The notes under the pieces were generated by a model. That model made no database searches. It was not told the origin of the DNA and was given only the letters and a program-made list of their open reading frames with translations. From Dromaius novaehollandiae (taxonomy: Eukaryota): 64,000 nucleotides of DNA. Positions 46,000-57,589 of this stretch are shown piece by piece; the first letter of the stretch is position 1; each line of letters opens with the position of its first letter. The stretch lies in assembly GCF_036370855.1 (NCBI RefSeq), contig NC_088128.1:356899-420898 (forward strand), read 5' to 3'. A program made the position numbers and the translations under genes.

Positions 46000-48900
46000 A
46001 CTATGGGGCGGAGGAGGGCGCCGTGGGGCGGAGGAGGCTGCCGTGGGGCGGGGGGGGGGGGTCACGGGGTGGGGGGCAGAACGTCTCCCGAGGGCCACGT
46101 GGACTCACTGGGCGATGGAGGAGCTCATCGTGGGGGCGGGTGAGGTCATCACTGGGGCGGGTGAGGTCACCGTGGGGCGGGCGAGGTCACTGTGGGGCAG
46201 AGGAGGCCGCCGTGGGGCAGATGAGGTCACCGTGGGGCAGATGATGTCAGCAGGCAGCAGATGAGGTCACTAGGGAGCAAAACACCTCATCAGGAGACAC
46301 ATGGACCCACCATGGGCCACAGGAGCCATCTGGGGGGCAGAGGAGCTCGCTATGGGGCAGAGGAGGTCACTGTGGGGCAGAGGAGATCGCTATGGGGCAG
46401 ATGAGGTCACCGTGGGGCAGATGATGTCAGCAGGCAGCAGATGAGGTCACTAGGGAGCAAAACATCTCATCAGGAGACACATGGACCCACCATGGGCCAC
46501 AGGAGCCATCTGGGGGGCAGAGGAGCTCGCTATGGGGCAGAGGAGGTCACTGTGGGGCAGAGGAGATCGCTATGGGGCAGATGAGGTCACCGTGGGGCAG
46601 ATGATGTCAGCAAGCAGCAGATGAGGTCACTAGGGAGCAAAACATCTCATCAGGAGACACATGGACCTACCATGGGCCACAGGAGCTATCTGGGGGGCAG
46701 AGGAGCTCGCTATGGGGCAGAGAAGGTCGCTATGGGGCAGATGAGGTCACCGTGGGGCAGATGATGTCAGCAGGCAGCAGATGAGGTCACTGGGGGACAA
46801 AACATCTCATCAGGAGACACATGGACCCACCATGGGCCACAAGAGCCGTCTGGGGGGCAGAGGAGCTCGCTATGGGGCAGAGGAGGTCACTGTGGGGCAG
46901 AGGAGGTCACCGTGGGGCAGATGATGTCAGCAGGCAGCAGATGAGGTCACTGGGGGACAAAACATCTCATCAGGAGACACATGGACCCACCATGGGCCAC
47001 AAGAGCCGTCTGGGGGGCAGGTGAGCTCACTATGGGGCAGAGGAGGCCACCGTGGGGCAGAGGAGCTTGCCGTGGGGCAGGAGAGCTCACTGTGGGGCAG
47101 GAGACCTTGCTGGGGGGGCAGAAGAGCTCGCTGTGGGGCAGACGAGGTCATCTGGGGACAAAACATCTTGTTGGGGGGCACAAGATGGGGGGTAGAAGAG
47201 CTCGCTGTGGGGCAGAAGATCTCACCATGGGGCAGGAGACCCTGACATGGAGCAGAAGAGCTCGCTGTGGGGCAGAAGAGCTCATCATGGAGGCAGATGG
47301 CCTTGCCATGGGGCAGATGAGCTCGCCGTGGGGCAGGAGACCCTGATGTGGGGCAGAGGAGCTTGCCGTGGGGCAGATGAGCTCGCTGTGGGGCAGGAGA
47401 CCCTGATGTGGGGCAGAAGAGCTCGCTGTGGGGCAGATGAGCTCGCCATAGGGCAGATGAACTCATCATGGAGGCAGATGGCCTCGCCGTGGGGCAGGAG
47501 AGCTCCCTAGGGGCAGATGAGCTTGCTGTGGGGCAGGACACCTTGCTGTGGGGCAGGAAATGTCACCGTGGGGCAGATGAGCTGGCCATGGGGCAGATCC
47601 CCCTCACCGTGGGACAGAGGGGCTTGCCGTCGGGCAGGAGAACGCACCGTGGGGCAGCAGACCTCGCCATGGGGCAGACTGGCTCCCTGTGGGGCAGATC
47701 CTCCTCACCGTGGGGCAGACCCACTTCGCTATGGGGCAGATTTGCTTGCCATGGGGCAGACCCCCTTTGCGGTGGGGCAGATCCGTCTTTCCATGGGGCA
47801 GATGGGCTCACCGGAGGGCAGACCCCCCTCACCGTGGGGCAGATCTCCTCGCCATGGGGTGGATCCCCCTCGCTATGGGGCAGATTTGCTCCCCGTGGGG
47901 CAGATCCCCTTCACCGTGGGGCAGGAGGCCTCACCATGGGGCTGATCCCCCTCACCATGGGGCAGATTTGCTCCCTGTGGGGCAGGAGGCCTCACTGGGG
48001 GGCAGATCCCCCTCGCCGTGGGGCAGGAGGCCTCGCCGTGGGGCAGATGCAGCTGCCATGGGGCAGGAGGCCTGGTCGTGGGGCAGATTTGCTCCCCATG
48101 GGGCGGATCCCCCTCACCGTGGGGCAGATTTGCTCCCCATGGGGCAGAAGGCCTCGCCATGGGGCAGATCCCCCTCGCCATGGGGCAGACCCCCCTCGCC
48201 GTGGGGCAGATTGGCTCCCCGTGGGGCAGACTGGCTCCCCGTGGGGCAGACCCCCCTCACCATGGGGCAGACCCCCCCTCGCCATGGGGCAGACCCCCCT
48301 CGCCGTGGGGCAGATTGGCTCCCCGTGGGGCAGACCCCCTCGCCATGGGGCAGACCCCCCTCGCCGTGGGGCAGATTGGCTCCCCGTGGGGCAGACTGGC
48401 TCCCCGTGGGGCAGACCCCCCTCGCCATGGGGCAGACCCCCCTCGCTGTGGGGCAGACTGGCTCCCCGTGGGGCAGACCCCCCCCTCGCTGTGGGGCAGA
48501 CTGGCTCCCCGTGGGGCAGACCCCCCTCGCCGTGGGGCAGACTGGCTCCCTGTGGGGCAGACCCCCCTCGCCATGGGGCAGACCCCCCCTCGCCGTGGGG
48601 CAGACTGGCTCCCCGTGGGGCAGACGCCCTCACCATGGGGCAGACCCCCCCTCGCCGTGGGGCAGACCCCCCTCGCCGTGGGGCAGATTGGCTCCCCGTG
48701 GGGCAGATCCCCCTCGCCGTGGGGCAGATTGGCTCACGAGGGAGGGGCAGGAGGCCTCGCCATGGGGCAGAGGCAGCTGCTGTGGGGCAGGAGGCCTCGC
48801 TGTGGGGCAGATGCAGCTGCCGTGGGGCAGGAGGCCTGGCCGTGGGGCAGATTTGCTCCCCATGGGGCGGATCCCCCTCGCCGTGGGGCAGATTTGCTCC

Positions 48901-49860
48901 CCATGGGGCAGAAGGCCTCACCATGGGGCAGATCCCCCTCGCCATGGGGCAGACCCCCCTCGCCGTGGGGCAGACTGGCTCCCCGTGGGGCAGACCCCCC
49001 CTCGCCGTGGGGCAGATTTGCTCCCCGTGGGGCAGAAGGCCTCGCCATGGGGCAGACCCCCCTCGCCATGGGGCAGACCCCCCTCGCTGTGGGGCAGATT
49101 GGCTCCCCGTGGGGCAGACCCCCCTCGCCATGGGGCAGACCCCCCTCGCCGTGGGGCAGACTGGCTCCCCGTGGGGCAGACCCCCTCGCCATGGGGCAGA
49201 CCCCCCTCGCCGTGGGGCAGACTGGCTCCCTGTGGGGCAGAAGGCCTCACCATGGGGCGGATCCCCCTCGCCATGGGGCAGACCCCCCTCACCGTGGGGC
49301 AGACTGGCTCCCCGTGGGGCAGACCCCCCTTGCCGTGGGGCAGACCCCCCTCACCGTGGGGCAGACTGGCTCCCCGTGGGGCAGACCCCCCTCGCCGTGG
49401 GGCAGACTGGCTCCCCATGGGGCAGACCCCCCTCACCGTGGGGCAGATTGGCTCCCCGTGGGGCAGATCCCCCTCGCCATGGGGCAGACCCCCCTCGCCG
49501 TGGGGCAGACTGGCTCCCCGTGGGGCAGAAGGCCTCACCATGGGGCAGACCCCCCTCGCCATGGGGCAGACCCCCCTCGCCGTGGGGCAGATTGGCTCCC
49601 CGTGGGGCAGACCCCCTCGCCATGGGGCAGACCCCCCTCGCCGTGGGGCAGATTGGCTCACCAGGGAGGGGCAGGAGGCCTCGCCGGGGGGGGGGCAGCT
49701 CCCCTCGCCGTGGGGCAGCCGCAGCCGCCGGGGGGGCAGGAGGCCTGGTTGGGGGGCAGCTCCCCTCGCCGTGGGGCAGGAGGCCTGGTTGGGGGGCAGC
49801 TCCCCTCGCCGTGGGGCAGGAGGCCTGGTTGGGGGGGGGGGGGGGCAGCTCCGGCCCCGG
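46000..49860. repeat. About 21-bp minisatellites upstream of MVP: (GGGGCAGAGGAGCTCGCTATG)n, then (CCCCCTCGCCGTGGGGCAGACTGGCTCCCCGTGGGGCAGA)n
   Basis: Direct reading. These give the 886-, 900- and 758-aa artefactual ORFs. Confidence 0.9.
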
Positions 49861-49999
49861 GGGCGGAAGCGGCGTCGCAGCCCTTTGCCCTGGCCCCGCC
49901 CCCCGCCGCGCCCGGCCCCGCCCCCATCGCGCCCGGCCCCGCCCCCGCCGCCCGGCCACGCCCCCGGCCACGCCCCCCGGGGCAGGACCAACCCCCCCC

Positions 50000-52900
50000 C
50001 CCCCTCACCCCCCTCCCCGCGGATTTATCCCCCCCCGCGGATTTATTCCCCCCCCCCGGGGATTTATTCAACCCCCCCAGGGGTTTACTTCCCCCCCCCG
50101 GGTTTATTCACCCCCCCGGGTTATTTAACCCCCCCGGGGATTTATTCACCCCCCCAGGGGTTTATTCCCCCCCCCAGGTTTATTTACCCCCCCAGGGGAT
50201 TTATTCACCCCCCCCGGGTTTATTCACCCCCCAGGTTTATTTCCCCCCCCAGGTTTATTTACCCCCCCGGGTTTCCCCCCCCCGGGTTATTTAACCCCCC
50301 CCGGGGATTTATTCACCCCCCCAGGGGTTTATTTCCCTCCCCGGGTTTATTTACCCTCCCCGGGTTTATTCACCCCCTCCGGGTTATTTAACCCCCCCGG
50401 GGATTTATTTACCCCCCCCGGGTTTATTTACCCCCCCCGGGGATTTATTCACCCCCCCAGGGGTTTATTTCCCCCCCGGGTTTATTTACCCTCCCCGGGT
50501 TTATTCACCCCCTCCGGGTTATTTAACCCCCCCGGGGATTTATTTACCCCCCCCGGGGATTTATTCACCCCCCCCGGGGATTTATTCACCCCCCCCGGGG
50601 TTTATTCCCCCCCCCGGGTTTATTTACCCCCCCCGGGTTTATTTACCCCCCCCGGGTTTATTCACCCCCTCCGGGTTATTTAACCCCCCCGGGGATTTAT
50701 TCACCCCCCCCGGGGTTTATTCCCCCCCCCGGGTTTATTCACCCCCCCCCGGGTTTATTCACCCCCCCCCGGGTTTATTCACCCCCTCCGGGTTATTTAA
50801 CCCCCCCGGGGATTTATTCACCCCCCCCGGGTTTATTCACCCCCCCCCGGGTTTATTCACCCCCCCCGGGTTTATTTACCCCCCCCGGGTTTATTCACCC
50901 CCTCCGGGTTATTCACCCCCCCCCGGCGATTTATTCACCCCCCCCGGGGTTTATTCACCCCCCCCGGGTTTATTTACCCCCCCCGGGTTTATTCACCCCC
51001 TCCGGGTTATTTAACCCCCCCGGGGATTTATTCACCCCCCCCGGGGTTTATTCCCCCCCCCGGGTTTATTCACCCCCCCCGGGTTTATTCACCCCCCCCG
51101 GGTTTATTTACCTCCCCCGGGTTTATTCGCCCCCCCCGGGTTATTTAACCCCCCCGGGGATTTATTCACCCCCCCAGGGGTTTATTCACCCCCCCCCGGG
51201 TTTATTTACCCCCCCCGGGTTTATTCACCCCCTCCGGGTTATTTAACCCCCCCGGGGATTTATTCACCCCCCCCGGGGTTTATTCCCCCCCCCGGGTTTA
51301 TTCACCCCCCCCCGGGTTTATTCACCCCCTCCGGGTTATTTAACCCCCCGGGGATTTATTCACCCCCCCCGGGTTTATTCACCCCCCCCGGGTTTATTCA
51401 CCCCCCCCGGGTTTATTTACCCCCCCCGGGTTTATTCACCCCCTCCGGGTTATTCACCCCCCCCCGGCGATTTATTCACCCCCCCCGGGGTTTATTCACC
51501 CCCCCCGGGTTTATTTACCCCCCCCGGGTTTATTCACCCCCTCCGGGTTATTTAACCCCCCCGGGGATTTATTCACCCCCCCCCGGGGTTTATTCCCCCC
51601 CCCGGGTTTATTCACCCCCCCCGGGTTTATTCACCCCCCCCGGGTTTATTTACCTCCCCCGGGTTTATTCGCCCCCCCCGGGTTATTTAACCCCCCCGGG
51701 GATTTATTCACCCCCCCAGGGGTTTATTCACCCCCCCCGGGTTTATTTACCCCCCCCGGGTTTATTCACCCCCTCCGGGTTATTTAACCCCCCCCGGGGA
51801 TTTATTCACCCCCCCAGGGGTTGATTCCCCCCCCAGGTTTATTTACCCCCCCGGGTTTATTCACCCCCTCTGGGTTATTTACCCCCCCGGGGATTTATTC
51901 ACCCCCCCCAGGGGTTTATTCCCCCCCCCAGGTTTATTTACCCCCCCAGGGGATTTATTCACCCCCCCAGGGGTTTATTCACCCCCCCGGGTTTATTTAC
52001 CCCCCCGGGTTTATTCACCCCCTCCGGGTTATTTAACCCCCCCCGGGGATTTATTCACCCCCCCAGGGGTTGATTTCCCCCCCCGGGTTTATTTACCCCC
52101 TCCGGGTTATTTAACCCCCCCCCCGGGGATTTATTCCCCCCCCTGGTTATTTAACACCCCCCAGGGATTTATTTCCCCCCCCGGGGGGTTATTCCCGCCC
52201 CCCCGGGTTTATTCACCCCCCCCGGGGATTTATCCCCCCCCCAGGTGGGTTATTTCCCCCCCTGGGATTTATCCCCCCCCCAGTTCATTAACCCCCCCGA
52301 GGCGGGTTATTTCCCCCCCCCGGGTGTTTATTCGCCCCCCGGGTGTTATCGCCCCCCCCCGCGTTATTCACACCCCCCAAGTTTATTTACCCCCCCAGGG
52401 GGGTTATTCGCCCCCGCCTGGGTTTATTCCCCCCCCGGGGTTATTCACCCCCCCCAGGGGATTTATTTCCCCCCCCGGGTTTATTCACCCCCTCCGGGTT
52501 ATTTAACCCCCCCCGGGGATTTATTCACCCCCCCAGGGGTTTATTTTCCCCCCCAGGTTTATTCACCCCCCCAGGGGGTTTATTCCCCCCCCGGGTTTAT
52601 TCGCCCCCCCCCGGGTTATTTAACCCCCCCGGGGATTTATTCCCCCCCCCGGGTTATTTAACACCCCCCAGGGATTTATTTCCCCCCCGGGGGGGTTATT
52701 CCCGCCCCGGGGTTTATTCACCCCCCCCGGAGTTATTCCCCCCCCCGGGTTTATTCACCCCCCCCGGGGATTTATCCCCCCCCCAGGTGGGTTATTTCCC
52801 CCCCGAGGTTTATCCCCCCCTGGGTTCATTAACCCCCCCCGAGGCGGGTTATTTCCCCCCCCCGGGTGTTTATTTGCCCCCCCGGGTGTTATCGCCCCCC

Positions 52901-53380
52901 CCCGCGTTATTCACACCCCCCAAGTTTATTTACCCCCCCAGGGGGGTTATTCGCCCCCCCCCCGGGTTTATTCCCCCCCCGGGTTTATTCCCCCCCCGGG
53001 GTTATTCACCCCCCCCAGGGGATTTATTCCCCCCCCCCGGGTTTATTCACCCCCTCCGGGTTATTTAACCCCCCCCGGGGATTTATTCACCCCCCCAGGG
53101 GTTTATTTCCCCCCCCAGGTTTATTTACCCCCCCGGGTTTATTCACCCCCTCCGGGTTATTTAACCCCCCCGGGGATTTATTCACACCCCCCCCGGGTTT
53201 ATTCACCCCCCCCAGGTTTATTTACCCCCCCCGGGGTTATTCACCCCCCCAGGGGATTTATTTCCCCCCCCCGGGTTTATTTGCCCCCCCGGGTTTATTT
53301 CCCCCCCCCGGGTGTTTATTCGCCCCCCCGGGTGTTATTGCCCCCCCCCGGGGTTATTCACCCCCCCCCCCCCGGGCGGC
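50000..53380. repeat. About 19-20-bp minisatellite (CCCCCCGGGTTTATTCA)n of about 170 copies. Every unit carries AATAAA on the minus strand.
   Basis: Direct reading. GGGTTTATT(C/T)A units. The reverse complement is TGAATAAACCC. Confidence 0.9.
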
Positions 53381-53399
53381 TCCCGGCGCCGCGGGGCAG

Positions 53400-55500
53400 A
53401 ACCGGAGCCGGCCCCGCCCGGGGGGGAGGGGCCCTATGGGGGCCATAGGGGCCGGGGGGGGGGCCATAGGGACTGGGGGGGCAGTGGGGGGGCTATAGCG
53501 GCTGGAGGACGGTGCGGGAGGGCTATAAGGGATGGGGAGGGGGGCGGTGGGGGGGCTATAGGGGCTGGAGGCTGGGGGCAGCTATAGGGGCCTGAGGGGG
53601 AAGGGAGGGGCTGTATGGGGGCCATAGGGGCTGGGGGGGGAGCAAGGGGGGCCATAGGGACCAAGGGGTGCCTGGGGGGCTATAGGGACCTGGGGGGGGG
53701 AGAGGACAGTATGGGGGCCATAGGGGCTGGGGGGGCTATAGAGGCCAAGGGTTGGCAGGGGGGCTATAAGGGCCAGGGAGGGGGGTGGTGGGGTCTATAG
53801 GGGCCAGGGACCAGTGGAGGGGGGGCTATAGCAGCTGGGGGGGGACAGTATGGGGGCTATAGGGACCAGGCAGGGACGGTATGGGCGTTATAGGGCCTGG
53901 GTGGGGGCGGTGGGGGGGGCTATAGGGCCCAGGGAGGGGAGGAGGGCAGTGGGGGGGGGGGCTATAGGGGCCGGAGGATGGCTTGGGGGGGGGCTATAGT
54001 GGCCAGGCGGGGGAGGGGGGCAGTGGGGGGGGCTATAGGGGCTGGAGGATGGCAGGGAGGCTATAGGGGCGGGGGGGGAGACAGTGTGGGGGCTGTAGGG
54101 GCTGGGGGGAGGGGCTATAGGGGCTGGAAAGGGCAGGGAGGAGGGTATGGGGGGCTATAGGGCCCAAAGGGGGGTGCTGTGGGGGTGGGGAAGGGGGTAT
54201 GGGGGCTATAGAGGCCGTGGGGGTGGGGAGGACAGTATGGGGACTATGGAGGTCGGGGTGGCAGTGGGGGAGGGGGGCATGGGGGCTGTAGGGGCCATGG
54301 GGGGGCTGAGGGGATGAGGAGAGAGGTATAGGGGCTATAGGTGCAGGGAGGGCCTGTGGGGGGGAGGAGGGGGGTATGGGGGCTATAGAGCCTGAGGAGG
54401 AGGGATATGGGGGGGTATGGGGGCTATAGGGGCAAAGGGGGGAGATGTGGGGGTGGGGAGGGTGGTATGAGGGCTATAGGAGGCAAGGGGGGGGCCTGTG
54501 TGGTTGGGGAGGTATGGCAGCTATAGGGACTGTGTGGGGGCTATGGGGGTGGGGGAGGGGGCATGGGCGCTATAGGGGCCAAGGGGGGAGATGTGGGGAT
54601 TGGGAGGGGGGTATGGGGACTATAGGGGCTGGGGGGGGGTTGTATGGGGGCTATGCAGGCTGGGGGGGGGGCTGTGGGAGTGGGGTGGGGTATATGAGGC
54701 TTTAGGGGCCCGGGGAGGGGCTGTAGGGGTGCGGAGGGGGGTGTAGGAGCTATAGGGCCCAAGAGGGGGAAATGTGGGTCTGGGGAGGGGGTTATAGGGG
54801 CCATGGGGTCAATAGGGGCCGAGGGGGGGGCTAGGAGGGTGGCAAGGGGGGTATGGGGGCTATAAGGGCCGGGGGGGGGCTATGAGGGTGACAAGGGGGT
54901 TATGGGGGCCATAGGGGCCAAGGGGGGGGCTAAGAGGGTGGCAGGGGGGGTATGGGGGCTATAGGGGCCAAGGAGGGGGCTCTGAGGGTGGAGTATGGAG
55001 CTATAGGGGCCAAGGAGGGGGCTAGAAAGGTGGTGAGGGGAGTATAGGCTCTATAGGGGCTGGGGGGGGCTATGAGGGTGACAAGGGGGTTATGGGGGCC
55101 ATAGGGGCCAAGGGGGGGCTAGGAGGGTGGCGAGGGGGGTATGGGGGCTATAGGGGCCAAGGAGGGGGCTCTGAGGGTGGAGTATGGGGCTATAGGGGCC
55201 AAGGAGGGGCTAGGAGGGTGGCGAAGGGGGTATGGGGGCTATAGGGGCCGAGGAGGGGGCTCTGAGGGTGGAGTATGGGGCTATAGGGGCCAAGGAGGGG
55301 CTAGGAGGGTGGCGAGGGGGGTATGGGGGCTATAGGGGCCGAGGGGGGGCTAGAAAGGTGGTGAGGGGGGTATAGGAACTATAGGGGCCAGGGGTGGCTA
55401 TAGGGCAGGGGACCTATAGGGGCCACAGGGCTGGGGGGGGCGGAACTATGGACCTATAGGGCCCATAGGGGCCCCAGGGCTGGGGGGGGCAGGAGCTACG
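53400..55500. repeat. G-rich roughly 60-bp minisatellite (GGGGGCTATAGGGGCC...)
   Basis: Direct reading of the sequence. Confidence 0.9.
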
Positions 55501-55739
55501 GCCCTATAGGGCCTATAGGTGCCCCAGGGCCGCGCCGGCCCCCCCCAGGCCCGTGAATCCCCTCAGGGCGGCGGCGCCGCTGGCGGCCATTTTCCCTCCC
55601 CCCCCCCGCCCACGTCTTCCCGCCTCGCCGTTGCTAGGCGACCGGCGCCGCCATTTTGCGCGCCCTGCCCGCCCCGGCGGCGCGCATGCGCCACGCGCCG
55701 CTCCTTTCCCCCCCCCCCTCCCCTCCGCACGCGGGCGCG

Positions 55740-55860
55740 GCGGCGCGCTGCCATTGGGCGGCGGGAGGGGCGGGGCGCGCTGCCATTGGGCGGCGGCGGC
55801 GCGGGGGGCGGGGCGGGGCGGCGGCGGGCGCCTCGTTCAAACGGTCGCGGCGGCGGCGCG
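55740..55860 (+). promoter_or_regulatory. KIF22: KIF22 core promoter with two inverted CCAAT boxes 32 bp apart and a CHR element, preceding a candidate ATG at 55861
   Basis: ccattgg at 55751-55757 and 55783-55789. TTCAAA (CHR, reverse of TTTGAA) at 55836-55841. NRF1 palindrome GCGCATGCGC at 55682-55691. 'gccattttg' YY1-like cores at 55586 and 55643. The gene sits in a CpG island. This is the canonical G2/M (NF-Y plus CHR) promoter architecture expected for a mitotic kinesin. Confidence 0.6.
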
Positions 55861-55949
55861 ATGGCGGCGGCAGGTCGCGGCGGCGGCGCCCGGGGGTGGG
55901 GGGGGGAAGACGGGGAGCGGGACGGGGGTGGCCCCGGGGGGGGGGGTGG

Positions 55950-56940
55950 CCCTGGGAGGGGACAAGCCCTGAGGGGACAAATGCTGGGGGGGGCGACGGG
56001 GGGGGGAACAACCCTTGGGGGGGGACAAGCCCTGGGGGGGGGGACAGCCCCGGAGGGGGGTCACAAGGGAGGGGACAAGCCCTGAGGGCGGGTGACAAGG
56101 AGGGGGACAAGTCCTGGGGGGAGGGGACAAGGAGGGGGAAGCCCCGGGTGGGGGGGACAAGCCCTGAGGGGGGAAAATGCCTTGGGGGGGGTGACAAGGG
56201 GGGTGACAAGCCCCAAAGGGGGGGACACAAGCCTTGGGGGGGTGACAAGGGAGGGGACAAGCGCTGAGGGGGGTGACAAGAGAGGGGACAAGCCCTGAGG
56301 GGGGTGACAAGGGGGAAGAAGCCCTGGGGGGGGAGACAAGCCCTGGGGGGGAGAACAAGCCCTGGGGGAGGGTGACAAGGGGGGGACAAGCCCTTGGGGG
56401 GGGACAAGCCCTGGGGGGGGACAAGGAGGGGGAAGCCCCGGGTGGGGGGGACAAGCCCTGAGGGGGGGGAAATGCCTTGGGGGGTTGGCAAGGGGGGTGA
56501 CACAAGCCTTGGGGGGGTGACAAGGGAGGGGACAAGCCCTGAGGGGGGTGGCAAGGGGGAAGAAGCTCTTGGGGGGGGGACAAGCCCTGGGGGAGGGTGA
56601 CAAGGGGGGGACAAGCTCTTGGGGGGGGGACCAGGTGGGGGGACAAGCCCCAAGGGGGAGTGACAACCCCTGAGAGGGGGACAAGGGAGGTGACAAGCCC
56701 TGAGGGGGGGGGACAGGCCTGAGGGGGGTGACAAGGCAGGTGACAAGCCCTGAGGGGGGGGACAGGCCTGAGGCGGGTGACAAGGCGGGTGACAAGCCCT
56801 GAGGGGGGTGACAAGGGAGGTGACAACCCCTGAGGGGGGGTGACAACCCCTGAGGGGGGGGTGACAACCCGAGGGGGGGTGACAAGCCCTGAGGGGGGGG
56901 ACAAGAGGGGGGACACCCCCAAGGGCCACACACCGGGGCT
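55950..56940. repeat. (GGGGACAAGCCCTGAGGGGGGTGACAAGGGAGG)n in KIF22 intron 1
   Basis: Direct reading of the sequence. Confidence 0.85.
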
Positions 56941-57012
56941 AACCGTGGGGGGGGGCTGTCACCCGCACCCACAGGCGACAGCACCCATGGGTGCCGGGGG
57001 CACCGGGTGCAG

Positions 57013-57119
57013 GTGTGCGTGCGGCTGCGGCCCGGCGCCGCCGGCGAGGAGCCCCGGGTGCTGCCCGTGGACGCCCGCACCCTCCGCCTCCTCCACGGCC
57101 CCGGCGCCACCGAGTACCG
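57013..57119 (+). CDS. KIF22: KIF22 coding exon (motor domain start): VCVRLRPGAAGEEPRVLPVDARTLRLLHGPGATEY(R)
   Basis: Acceptor gggtgcag|GTG at 57011-57012. Donor CG|gtaaaa at 57120. Matches human 'VRVAVRLRPF...' at the start of the kinesin motor domain. Confidence 0.75.
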
Positions 57120-57192
57120 GTAAAACAGGGTGACAAAGGCGCCGGGTGACACCCATGGGTGCCCCCCGCGTCACCCTTGTCGCCGGTTGTAG

Positions 57193-57320
57193 CTTCGACG
57201 CCGTCTACGGCCCCGGCGCCTCGCAGAGCGACGTCTACCTGGGCTCCGTGCGCCCGTTGTTGTCCCACCTGGCGCAGGGCCGCAACGTCACCGTCCTCGC
57301 CTACGGGCCCAGCGCCGCCG
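57193..57320 (+). CDS. KIF22: KIF22 coding exon: (R)FDAVYGPGASQSDVYLGSVRPLLSHLAQGRNVTVLAYGPSAA(G)
   Basis: Acceptor ttgtag|C. Donor G|gtgagt. Matches human '[43 protein letters not shown]' (first half of the P-loop). Confidence 0.85.
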
Positions 57321-57394
57321 GTGAGTCCCCCCCCCGCCGCACGACAGCACCCATGGGTGCCCCAGCACCCTGAGCACCCCGTTTGCGTCCCCAG

Positions 57395-57525
57395 GGAAGA
57401 CCTACACCATGCTGGGCAGCGCCGAGGAGCCGGGCGTCATCCCCCGGGCCGTGCGGGACCTGCTGGGGCTGGCGGGGCCCTGTGCCACTGTCACCGCGTC
57501 CTACCTGGAGATCTACCAGGAGCGG
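57395..57525 (+). CDS. KIF22: KIF22 coding exon: (G)[43 protein letters not shown]
   Basis: Acceptor gtccccag|GG. Donor CGG|gtgagg. Matches human '[24 protein letters not shown]...SYLEIYQEK' (P-loop GKT). Confidence 0.85.
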
Positions 57526-57589
57526 GTGAGGCGGGGGCACCCATGGGTGCTGCGCGGCGGGGGGTGCCACCACCCACCCTTTCTTTCCC

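Noticed and set aside
47468-50391. 886-, 900- and 758-aa ORFs (…GADPPRRGADWLPVGQTPSPWGRPPSPWGR…)
   Set aside because: These are perfectly periodic translations of a 21-bp minisatellite. The same region reads open in three frames on both strands.
55861-56085. Treating ATG at 55861 through the long G-rich ORF (MAAAGRGGGARGWGG...) as a confirmed KIF22 first coding exon
   Set aside because: The reading frame continues into a minisatellite, and no phase-compatible donor to exon 57013 was found. It is reported only as a candidate start in the promoter feature and finding.
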